From Chrysomallon squamiferum (Eukaryota > Animalia > Mollusca), in the NCBI GenBank assembly GCA_012295275.1, contig CM022677.1, positions 1,488,001 to 1,552,000 on the forward strand: 64,000 bases of DNA. Reading direction: 5' to 3'. Below are positions 1-17,923 of this stretch, piece after piece. A program made the translations under genes and the position numbers. The notes beneath the pieces are model-generated. The model was not told the origin of the DNA. It saw only the letters and a list, made by a program, of their open reading frames with translations, and did no database searches. Within the stretch, counting starts at the first letter, position 1. Every line of letters starts with the position of its first letter.

Positions 1-1203
1 TGTCCGTCTGTCACACGTGTACGAAGTTGTCTGTCACTGTGTTTAGATTTGTGTGACTCAGAAAATCTACAAACAAAAGAGTCTACAAAAATTTCTGATT
101 TACCTTCACCTCCACACCATGATCCTTCTCCCTTAACAGTAACAAACAAGCTGCACTCAGTGTCTTTAGTAATCTTCACTGGACGTCTGAACACGACGTC
201 ATACACGTCAGACATAACGTTTTCATATCTCTGTGTCAGTGTAGACCCGTCCAGTATTTCGTCTGTTCTTGTGTCAGTGACGAAGGCGCTGACGTCGTAG
301 TTTCGTGGTTTACGGTGACCGTACAACTGAAATCCAAGAAGTAAAGCGTTTTTGTTGACAGAGAAAGTAATGGCGTCATCTTCTTCACCAGAACATGGCA
401 AATCCACTGAATATTCAATGTTCTACAAAAACCTGTCTTTATAATCCGTAATTTTTCATCTTGCAGTTCTCTTGTTTTGAGTTGAAAGGTGAAACATCTC
501 ATCTGGACAAAGGAAATGTTTTGTAATTTTGAGTTCTTCTGTCTCAGTGAGTATGTGAGTGTGTGTCACGTGTTTTACAAAATACCTCCAATTCAGTAAT
601 GGGTAACGCACGTGCTTCACGACCTCTCCCAGTGCTTCGCGCATGTTTTTTTCACTCGTCGTCTCTTCCCTTGCTTCCTGCACGCGCTGTCAGCCCACTT
701 CACAGCGGCTTCAAAAACATTTTTCTCGTCTGCTGTCAGTTCGTCTGATCGTACGATCTCAACCAGACATTCGTGACAAAGATCGGTGACTTCATCTGAC
801 TTCAGAACTTCGTCGCCATTTTCCAAAATGTAGTCCAGAGTTTTTTCCTTAGATCATGTTCATCAAACATGACCAGCACGACGCACGCATTCTGTGACGA
901 CAACGACGACTCAAATAGTTGACACACTGTTCTTCCAGTGTTGTGATGATGTACTTCCTCGATAGATACAGCAGACCGGTGACGTTGTCGCCTGTTAGGA
1001 CGACGTCATCCGTGTAAAGATATCTGTGTAAAAGAAGTAGAGTAAGACTTTAAAACGTGAGATAACTATGTGAGATAATTAATAAAATAATTAGATTACT
1101 AACAAAAAATGTATTATATCAACGTTTCTGTTTGTATGTATGTCTCTCTTCCTCACTGTGTTCGTACATGTGTTTCCATGTCTCTGTGTATATGTGTAAT
1201 GGG

Positions 1204-1241
<38 letters not shown>

Positions 1242-1498
1242 AACATACTTTAAAAACTCTGAAAAAAGATGTCTGCCTTCACATCAGGTATCACAATATC
1301 TGATTTTTCGCGAAGTTCTCCAGTCAACATCTGACTGAAAAAATTTGATCAGAATTAAACATCGACAGCAGTTTATGTTCCCCAAAAAAATTAAATTAAA
1401 TCTGTGTGAGTTTTTTCAAGAAACAGAAAAAAAATTCAAATGCATTGCATCAGATTCTTCCCTGTCTGCCAACTTGAGGTTCCAGCTGCAGTGGCCAT
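1..1498 (-). pseudogene. BTB-BACK-PHR gene copy 1 (exon 1249-1498, exon <1-1023); frameshifted/garbled, pseudogene or consensus error; last ~9 codons lie beyond window start
   Basis: Colinear with copy 3 (position 1 aligns to ~58864). ATG at 1498 (MATAAGTSSWQTGKNL); same GTATGT/CAG intron. PHR part is open (NIEYSVDLPCSGEEDDAITFSVNKNALLLGFQLYG...RTRVTDGQ), but there are indels near 500, 660 and 870 and scrambled sequence at 1330-1445. Confidence 0.85.
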
Positions 1499-1565
1499 GT
1501 TCAAACTGATCAAAAAAGTAAAGTAATAAAAAAATTAAATATCAATAAAATTAAAAATAGCTCAC

Positions 1566-1626
<61 letters not shown>

Positions 1627-1791
1627 GTCATACTAAATATAATTTAAAATATTTCCGTGTACATATGACCTGTACATGGACATATTCCAAAACCGAAAGA
1701 AAAATATAAAAAATTAATCAAAAAAATAATTTCTAAAAAACGACTACTTTCTGTTTAACGCCTCTACTACTAAACACTGAGATCAGAGATC

Positions 1792-1832
<41 letters not shown>

Positions 1833-2708
1833 AAAAGATAAGGAAAGAAAGAAAAACATCGGATAGATAAAGGATAAAAAAAATATCTTGTGGTTATGGT
1901 AATGATTACTATCCTGATGACGAAGACACAAATAATTATTTTTATTATTATCATTATTATTATAAACAGAGGTGAGTGGTCAGTCAGGTAAGAAATATTT
2001 CACTGTGGGAGAAAACGATTTTCATATCGCAATGTACTTGTGGTCATTTATAACAATTTACTTCTCGAAAAGTCAGCAAAATTATCCGTCAGTGACAGAT
2101 CTAAAAAGAAACACTAAAGAACAAAAAATATTAATAAAGAAAAAAAAAAATAACAGGATGCGATATTTTTGAAATAGAAAACAATTTAAAATACCTTCTA
2201 ATTTAAATTTGCTGATGGAGAATTTATTTAAGCGACTATTTTCGGTCTGTCGACTCAACTGTAGGTCACCGCTATCACTGATCTAAGAATAAATGAATTG
2301 AAATTAAGATAAAATAAAACGAAATGAAATAAAGTAAGCAATAAATAGCAAAATATATCAATAAAAATAATGGCTCTACTAGGGTAGTAACAGAAATAGT
2401 AGTACTAGTAGTAAAGATGTTGCTACTACTACTACTACTATTAACAATAACAGCATACTAAAGTCAGGATACACGTAACCTAGTTTCATTTCAATTTAAA
2501 AAACCTAACACTTAAATAATCTATTTGTTAGAGAACAAACTCTGATATATTTAGTAATAAATTAAGAACACCGGAATAGTTAAAACATAAAATAAAATAA
2601 AAAACTTTCAATCATAGCTTGTTTTATTTGTTTGTGTACTTTTGGTTCTCAAAATCCTCCACTGATAAACACGCGAGTGACGTCAGATATTTTACACGTC
2701 ATCAAGTG

Positions 2709-2930
2709 CAGTGGCGAGCAGAGGTGGGGACCGAAGGGGCTCTAGCTCCGGGCATCCAGATTTATACTTAAATCGAATAAAGTGTTTATTTTATGTTTCA
2801 TCTGTGTTTACATATTCAAAATATCTTCCTTTCTCATACTATTCCTCAGTGCTAGGCCTTGTACTTGAATCTTTGGGAATTACAATCAAGGAGTTGGCCC
2901 CGGGCTTCACCAGACCTCCACACGACACTG
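2709..2930. mobile_element. hAT-type MITE (222 bp)
   Basis: Imperfect TIRs CAGTGGCGAGCAGAGGT / ACCTCCACACGACACTG; perfect 8-bp TSD ATCAAGTG (2701-2708, 2931-2938); empty paralogous site near 6155. Confidence 0.85.
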
Positions 2931-3099
2931 ATCAAGTGTCACGTTGTTAGGTTTCAATGTCAGAATAAAATAAAGAAATCGTGCTACGAGATATATGTAT
3001 ACTCATCTTACATAAATCTTCTTTAAAATTGATTACAACAATTGAACAGATTAAGAACTACTAGATTGCATTGTTTATAGGTAAGTTATGAAATCTGTA

Positions 3100-3167
<68 letters not shown>

Positions 3168-3926
3168 TAAACAAGAGCAAAAACAACAATAAGAAGAAGA
3201 AATAAATTTTACAGTGCACTAAATATACGTGTACCTATTTTATTTCTCTGACGATGCTTGCATGACCAGTATATCAAGTTAAGCTAACACGTGACGTTTG
3301 TTTGTAATGTAGCTAAGATAAAAATAGCGTGTCACTGCTATATGAGAAACACAAAGGTATACTCGGGTGTTATTTACAACGATCTGACAAATTCATTGTT
3401 AAAAAACTGTCTGCCCATAAGTGTAGAAATAAACCCGTGAAAATTTGAAATTATTTCCATTTGTCATTATTTCAAGGAAGAAGATATAGACAACCCAATT
3501 ATTTCCAATAAACAGAACAAACTAACAAACTCGTAAATAGAAAATAATACTATTATATGAGATAATATTATCACATCTTCTATTGGCACGTACCATATCT
3601 TTGAAAAGCCTCACGCTGTAATACTGTTTATTATATGTATATCAATAGCAGTATATCAATAATAATAATAGTAATAATAATAATAAATTAAATTAAATTA
3701 AATTAAATTAACACAATATAAAATACATTGTAGTTTCAAAACAGATATTTACCAGAAACAATTTCTGATCGATAATTTCTTAGAAAGGAGTAATTTCTTT
3801 TTAACTCTACTATTCATCACAGAGATCAGGGATCTATAAATAAATACATAAACAAAATGATATAAAGTTAAACGAAGTAACCAGATACAGCATAAACTAT
3901 AAACGATTAACTGATCTCTTCAGATA

Positions 3927-4260
3927 GAGGAACCAATTATCCGGCGTCCTGAAATACCGAAAGACAAGAAAACCGGAACTTTTTCCCGACGTAATTTTCA
4001 TACTTTGCGCGCACGGGTTTTGTCCTCACCAGACCGTAACTGCTCTTTCAAGCCGCGTGCTGTTCATTCACTCGCCGCATTGTTTACGTGTCGAGTCGCC
4101 ACAGTTGTGTGTCGTCAATTTGCTTTATTTTTTTTTTTTTTTAATTTTAAAATGTTTATGCCTAAATATTTACGAATTTAGATGCCTTGGCACGAGAAAA
4201 TCGGAAAATCCCGAAATTCAGAATGCCTCAGGCCCCAAGGAGTTCCGATAATTGGTCCGG
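3927..4260. mobile_element. Tc1/mariner (pogo-like) MITE candidate
   Basis: TA|GAGGAACCAATTATCCGG ... CCGATAATTGGTCCGG|TA: imperfect TIR flanked by TA; GC-rich relative to its surroundings. Confidence 0.6.
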
Positions 4261-5899
4261 TACATGTATTTAGGTGATACTATTACAACTACTGCTACTG
4301 CAACTTCTACTACTACTACTACTAGAATAATAAGTATTATTATAATGTTGTTATATTTGTATTTCTTCTTAGTATTTTTTTATTTTATTATTGTTGTTGT
4401 TGGGGTTGTTATTATTAAATATTCTTCGATATTTCTCATAAACCAGTGTGTTATCTTTAAAAAAAAGAAAAGAAAATTTACACAAAAAATGTATAGCTTT
4501 GACAAAATAGATTACTAATTCAATATGTCTGGTCTGATTTAAGTAAAAGTACTAATAGTACAGCATATATTAAATTGCAATAAAATACAAAATACCTTCA
4601 AATTTCAAAATGTCCGCCTGCGAACAAAAGTACGTCCTTGCTTGGTGAGTGTTTTCCTGGAACTGACAACGTCCTGTTTGACAGGTCACTGAAATATCTT
4701 CTGTGTATCGCTGTTTACAATGTCATCTGCTCATAAACACGCGACTGAAATCAGATGTCACGCCACATTTAGCGGTAAATAAATGCACATATTTTATTAC
4801 ATACAATGTGTCTCATATAATTTAACTTGCCTTTGAAACCTGTTAACTGTATATATTATTTATTTTGCATGTAAATTATCTAGCTTTATTTTCCATGTTA
4901 TATTCATGAAAAACTGATTGCTAACAATTGTCTGTTTTTTAGGTCAGATAAAAATAGCGTGTTAATAGTACTGGAGAGAAGAAACGCTATACCTAGGATC
5001 GTGAAAAGTGCAAGGTTATTGTGAATCGTAAAATAGGGGACCCTCTTTTATTCGTACATGTTATGAGTCAAAGCGACCTAAGCACAGAAATGAGAAACAC
5101 CACGTTGATTATGTTTTGTACATATATATATATACACACACACAACATGAGAAAACAACAAAGAAAGAAAACTAAAAAGCATTGTTCAAATATTACTGTT
5201 TATACTCATCACTTGTTATTTAAGCTTTTGATTTAGTTATTTTTAAGTTTATTTTCTTTAAGTTATTTATTTATATTTCACTAATAACTTTTTATTTATT
5301 TAATAGTATTTGTTTGTTTGTTTCTTCCTTTCTTTATTCATTTTTATTTTTTATTTGTTATTGTTTTTATTTCACCACATAAAATACAGTATAAAATAAT
5401 ACAGTTATGACGGTAAACCGCAGTAGGGTCCTTGGCTACATCATAATAAGGACTCGATTTCTCAGCGATGTTTAAATGTACTGTTTTCTGTTGTTTAATT
5501 TAGAAAATTGGTCCTAACTTATTTACTAAGCCACGGATTGCAATTTAAGTTATACCTACTCGCAGAATCCGCTTGTAGCTATTTCTTTTTTATATTATTA
5601 CCATGCAGTTTTTGAAAGTATCTGTAATACAGTCTAACATCTCGTAATCAACCTGTATGTACACTATAGTAAGTACATATATTGCCACTTCATTTCTACA
5701 AATATTCCTAACATTAATTAAATACGAAATTATCTACATTTATGTACGATAACCAAATTAGTTCCAATAAACCAAATCAAAAGGAAATAGAAAATAATAC
5801 AAGTATATGACACAATATAATTCTTAAATTCTTCATCCACAAGTTCCAAAAACCAGAAAGATAACTATAATTTCGTTGTCGGACAATATATTTTCAAGT

Positions 5900-6321
5900 C
5901 AGGCTGTTCGTAATGTTTTTCAACTCAATTTGAAAACCAACACCTCACGATATAATGATCTATTTGTTAGAGAACTAACTCTGATATAAGTAAACGTAAT
6001 GAGACTAAAAACAGTCGAATCGTTAAAACATAATAAAGTCTAATATATCATCCATTTTCGATATGACCGACGTTTTTTACTTTTGCTTTGTTTACTTTTA
6101 ATTATCAAAATCCTCCACTGATAAACACGTGACTGATGTCAAACATCTTTACTTCATCAGGTGTCACTTCTCAGGTTTGAATCTCAGATTAAAATAAACA
6201 AATCGTGTTACGAGACATGTACACTCATCTTAGAAGCATTTTTCCTTAAAGTAGATTAAATAATTTTTTAGGTAGTCCTATTATATTGCATTGTATATAT
6301 CTGTGTTATAAAAAGTCCAAC

Positions 6322-6396
<75 letters not shown>

Positions 6397-7060
6397 TAAG
6401 TGTAACTATTAATTTGAGAAGATATCGGTGTCAAACTGGACAATTTCTTAGAAACGACTACATTCTGTTTAACGATTCTATTATAAGTCAGTGATGTTAG
6501 ATATAAATAAATAAGTAAAATAAAATAAAATGAAATAAATACATAAAACATAATAAAGTTAAATCAAATAAACAGACAAAAATATGCATAAGATGCAGCT
6601 AGCACATAGAACTATGTCAGAATGATGATGATGAATATGATGACCATGATGATATTGACGATGATGATGATGATGACGACAATTGAATTAGTTTAACACT
6701 ACTACTACTACTGCTACTGTTACAACTACTACTACGTCCGCTCCAGACATATAAACGATTATACATTGATGAACAAACCGACACTGAAATAATCGTTTAC
6801 GTTGTACCGATTCATTTAACAACTTTCAGACAGTAATCTATAGCAATGCTAAATACTTCACAGGATTAATTGTGGCTGATTTCTTTAAACAAACTAACAG
6901 AAATGCATTACATGTTAAGAAAATATCAAATACCTTCAAATGCCTTCAAATTTCAAAATGGCTGTCTTCTTGTCTCTGAGTTGTTTAGCTGGAACTGAAA
7001 ACTTCTTTTTTGTTGTTAGCAACCGTTTGCTTAGAAAACGTGACTGAAATCAAGTATCGT
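5900..7060. repeat. Older diverged duplicate of BTB-gene upstream region
   Basis: 5930-6300 resembles 2480-3100 without the MITE; 6450-6510 resembles 1735-1800; 6925-7050 resembles 4590-4750. Confidence 0.7.
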
Positions 7061-8159
7061 ACAAGTCACTCTGCAAGTGTAAGACCGCTGTATTATGTTT
7101 TCTGTTCAAATGTATTTAGCAATTCAACTAACAGGGGTAAAAAAATTTGTAACGAAAGAAATGTCTCTTCATTTATGTAAAAGTTCATTTCTTGAGAATG
7201 GGAACGTGATTATGTAGGTATAATTTGATAACTGACGTTATACGTCTCAGATTTTTAAACATCTAAAACTTTATTAAGCCTAATTAAACATCTAAACGTT
7301 TATTTGTATTTTATGAGTTCAACAAATTTATATCATCTAACAATAGTGAAATTGATATCATTTGTCATTTTACATTAATACTATATCATTTAAATTATTA
7401 CTTATTCATATTAAGAATTACTGATGACAAATTCTGATAACTGTAAGAAATTTTCAATTCCGATTCTGTTTACAAAATAATTAATTTTAAAATTCAAATT
7501 CAAAATATAGTCAATAAATAAAAAATAATAGCTGAATACCCCAAAATGTATACATTTTTTATTTCTTTATAATCCCTGGTTCACGAGTTACTGGAAAACA
7601 GATCTCTCCCAAAATATCTGCATTATATAAAACACGCTTTATCAGGAAGCAGCTAATACACACTGATCAAGGTTTAGTTGGCGGTCCTATAAACAAAACA
7701 CACTTAACTATAATGGATTCAAGTATTGACAAAAATGTAAGTCTTTACCGTTTAGATGAAAACAGAATTATTTATTATGGGTTTTCGAGGTCGTGATTCA
7801 TCATTAATTTCCACCATGTTAGAGAGAGCACCACATTCGAGCAGTATGGCAACTCACTAGACGTTCTCAATGAAATTTACAGGACTTTGACTAATCTTCT
7901 GTGCATTCATTACTACAGCAGACTATTATAAGAGTTCGTGTGAAGATAAATACAGTAATCAGAGTACTACGTACTTTGTACTATTTCTATACGAAGCAAA
8001 TGGAACACTTAAACAAATTCGAAATAATTACTTTTCTTATACTGGTTGGAACGAGTGACAGATAAAATCGAAAATTAAATAAGAAGGAAGGAACGAATGA
8101 AAGGAAGGAAAAAAGAAAGTAAGGAAAAAAGAAAGGAAAAGGGAATAGAAGGAGGAAAA

Positions 8160-8190
<31 letters not shown>

Positions 8191-8209
8191 TTATTATTAT
8201 CACTATCAC

Positions 8210-8245
<36 letters not shown>

Positions 8246-8305
8246 TACTACTACTACTACTACTACTAATACTACTACTATTGCTATTATTAATGTATAT
8301 TTGTG

Positions 8306-8361
8306 GTGAAAACATGGCCACCATCTGAAGTTGGCAGAGAGTGAAGAAATTATTTGAATGT
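8306..8361 (+). pseudogene. Relic of BTB-gene start (first ~15 codons)
   Basis: GTGAAAACATGGCCACC..GTTGGCAGAGAGTGAAGAAATTATTTGAATG resembles 22892-22955 (GTGAAAACATGGCCACC..GTTGGCAGACAGGGAAGAATCTGATAGAATG) and is likewise preceded by a (TTA)n tract. Confidence 0.65.
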
Positions 8362-9445
8362 ATTATTATTATTATTAAATTGTTTCTTATTTAAAATAAG
8401 TACGACCCATAACGGTGTACCTTTGTAAAGTCTCATAAAAAAGCCATCACGATATAAAGGAGTGATATAAAAGGCTAAGAAAAGCAGAAAAACGATAAGT
8501 TCAGTTATTCATAAAAAGGCTTTTAGAACACTCTTATTGTAATGCTTTTGAAGCAGTCTGGTTCGATGTTAAAATGTGTGTTGACAATACAGATAAAGAG
8601 AACGCTACAGGTGGGAGAAATGGTGTAGAAAACAGGTCATGACAGACATAAAGAGGGTTGTAAGATGAGGGCAAAAGAGGGTTCATAGGGTGTTGAGTTA
8701 GTTTAATGAGTGTTTCAAAATGGTTTCTCTTTCAGCATCAAATTCCACATATTTCAGAGATTGGTGAGTTGTAGAGGGTAGTGTTAATTCAGGATGGTTT
8801 TCAAACAGGATATTATTCATACATGAAAATATTTATAGGAATTACTAATTTTATCTTTATATTTAACCTTAAACCAATACTAATACTATCCCCGAATTAA
8901 CTCTAAATACAAGAACGTTTCTGATATTACTTATCTGAATGTTAGCTCTACATCTGTGCACCTAAGCCTGTGATTAAGTTTATGATTAATTTCGTCTCAC
9001 AGTCTGTCCATAGCCTAAACCCTAATCCTAACACCTCCCCCACTATCACCCTAGACTTAATACTATCCTAACACATTTCTTAACATAATCCAACCATAAC
9101 CCTGTACCCAACCAGTTTCGACAAAAAATATAAATAAATATATAAATAAATAATTTTATTAATAATAATAACAATAGTTATGACAATAACAATAAAATGT
9201 AAATATAATATATATATATAAATTATTTTCATAAATCTAACTGGTGAATGTATGAACGAATGAATGAAACTTGAGTGAAAGAATAAGAAATCAGTTGATT
9301 GAAAATTAAAAAAATCAATTAAATCAAAGTATAAAATTTGTTTCATATTATTCTTGTATTCCATCCAAATAAATGTTATGGTGTCGTAGTGAAATGAAAG
9401 TATACTTTGTTACATTTTGTTTTATCATCTAAACAGTTTTCACAT

Positions 9446-9645
9446 NNNNNNNNNNNNNNNNNNNNNNNNNNNNNNNNNNNNNNNNNNNNNNNNNNNNNNN
9501 NNNNNNNNNNNNNNNNNNNNNNNNNNNNNNNNNNNNNNNNNNNNNNNNNNNNNNNNNNNNNNNNNNNNNNNNNNNNNNNNNNNNNNNNNNNNNNNNNNNN
9601 NNNNNNNNNNNNNNNNNNNNNNNNNNNNNNNNNNNNNNNNNNNNN
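9446..9645. other. Assembly gap (200 N)
   Basis: Run of exactly 200 N. Confidence 1.
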
Positions 9646-11040
9646 ACACACACACACACACAAATATATATTTATATTAGCTTAGGTTTCACTGACACTG
9701 ATATTTAGTTAATTTTAAAAAATAAACGATAACTAAAAAATCTGTTCTAAATTGTTTCATCACAGAAACATACATACACACATTCACACACACATATACA
9801 CGCATACAAACACACAGACACACAGACACCATGCACTCGGAGAAAAAGAACCTTGGACTAACCCGATTTGTGTATAAACTAATGTAGCAGGAAATCACAA
9901 ACCCTGTAAATCACAAACCCTGTAAATCACAGACCCTTTAAATCACAAACCCCTCCTAATATACCACACATATAGCAGTAGTGATTGTGTCTGTAACTGC
10001 ATCTCACTATAAACATTCCTTCCATATGTGATTTTAATATGAACAACATCTATTTGACGTTAGAAATTTGTGCTTTTTGGCACCTATTTTTTGCCCAAAA
10101 TTAAATATGTTTCTCTTTAAGAACGGCTTTGAGTACAGTAAGTCTGTTAAATTGGAACGAAAAGTATTTCATCGCGCCGAAACCTTAAAAGTTGAGATTT
10201 TTCTGACTTTCTTTTTAGCTGCAGCTGCAAAAAGCTTTAGTGCCATACTTTTGATAGACAACTAAAAAATAAAAAGAGCGACATTCTGATTTGAAATTAT
10301 TTACAGACCAACTTCTTTCATAAAATAATTAATTAAAGTACTGATAACAGTTGCTGTAGTAGTCACAAACTGTTTATATATAAACGTTTCCTTCTGACTG
10401 AGATTCATCGTCCTACAAGGTCGTTAAGAATGGTGTCCCAGAAGATGGGAGTAGCAGGGATGTGCGATTTCCATGGGTTTGTTATTAACTGCTACATCGG
10501 CACCATTTCAGATTGCTCTCCAGGTATCGTCAAACTGTTATGAACAAAACATTGACTGAACCCGATGCTGTCTAACGGGTGTAAATACGAGAAAAAAATG
10601 ACAATTTATATAGTAATTAGCATAGTGAAAAACCGCACACAGTTTTCTCGAGTGCGATTACTTCTTAAACTCTGACTGCAATTTGCACGTAATTAGGTAA
10701 CCGCGAGCTGACGTCTTGTCTCTGTTGATATTTATAAATAAACATACACAGACAGCTATCTACCCGTCACGTCAGTCTTGAACAGAGCAGTATTCACTCT
10801 TTCTTAAACATATCCACACACAGAACGAGAGATTGAGATACAATCATAAATCTAAACAAACCTAGTTTTTGTAAATACAAATAAACCAATTCACGAAAAT
10901 ATTACACTTATATAGAAAAACAAGGAACTTGTATAATTGTGTGTGTTTGTGCGTGTGTGTGGTTTTTTTTTAAACATAACACCGTAAAAAAAAAAAAAAA
11001 AAAAAAAAAAAAGATAAGTGTCTTATCAGATATCGCCGCG
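9646..11040 (+). repeat. Diverged paralog of the BTB-gene downstream flank (25100-26770; inverted at 56340-58130)
   Basis: Shared blocks such as AAAAGAACCTTGGACTAACC..GTAGCAGGAAATCACAAACCCTGT and CTACCCGTCACGTC, in the same order. Confidence 0.9.
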
Positions 11041-11199
11041 AAACGCTTATCAAAGAAAGGTCAAAGTTTGAAATTCTCTCACGTGATCAACGGAACCACT
11101 GCGGCGGATTATCTGTCTTCGTCACAGTGTGTTTTGTGTTGTGTGTGTGTGTGTGTGTGTGTATAATAATACACAATAAGAAAATGATTGGTAAATAAT

Positions 11200-17420
<6,221 letters not shown>

Positions 17421-17875
17421 TAGGGCTTCACTCATTTTTGCTTTTGAGTCAGTTTATAGCAAAACAAAATCGTTGATATACACGAATCCCTACTGAAATA
17501 AATGTGTTAGATATACGTGTTATATGTACGTGTTACCTTCTTCCACTCAAGATAACTAAACACACTCGATCTTAGATATTTTCAGTAAAAGATATTGTTA
17601 TTTATCTTAACAACAAATAAGTAATTGGTATTATATGATATAAAATGTTCAGAGAAATTTTAATTTTGTAATGTGTCTAGTAAATTTAATGCATATGTTT
17701 TGATTATGTAAACAACTTCAGACATTCTGTAAATATACCATAACAATTTAGCGACATAAAATGCAAATAATGCAGTTTTAAATTATTTTTCTGTTTATGC
17801 ACTTTTGTATGTTTCTTACAGTAACACATATTTTAATTTATTTGACAAACATTTACTACTAGGAATGTGTAGAAC

Positions 17876-17923
<48 letters not shown>

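Larger units (their letters stand above)
1..5715. repeat. Segmental duplication arm: inverted copy of ~18305-24410 and direct copy of 58864-64000
   Basis: Long continuous by-eye alignments, e.g. 4520-4990 is nearly identical to the reverse complement of 19120-19600. The window end GAATCCGCTTG matches 5565-5575. Confidence 0.95.

Noticed and set aside
49-300. Conserved plus-strand ORFs 49-300 and 58912-59163 (also 563-748, 23634-23846, 59420-59644)
   Set aside because: Antisense shadows of the BTB-BACK-PHR coding exon.
8470-8830. Possible LINE reverse-transcriptase tail on the minus strand (LTL..SP..SLKY-like)
   Set aside because: Too degenerate; no continuous frame or diagnostic motif.
8860-9115. 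CCTAA/CCCTAA-like hexamers suggesting telomeric or Helentron repeats
   Set aside because: Sparse and irregular; no clean tandem array or termini.
9376-9685. ORFs spanning N runs (also 42684-43137)
   Set aside because: Artefacts of assembly gaps.
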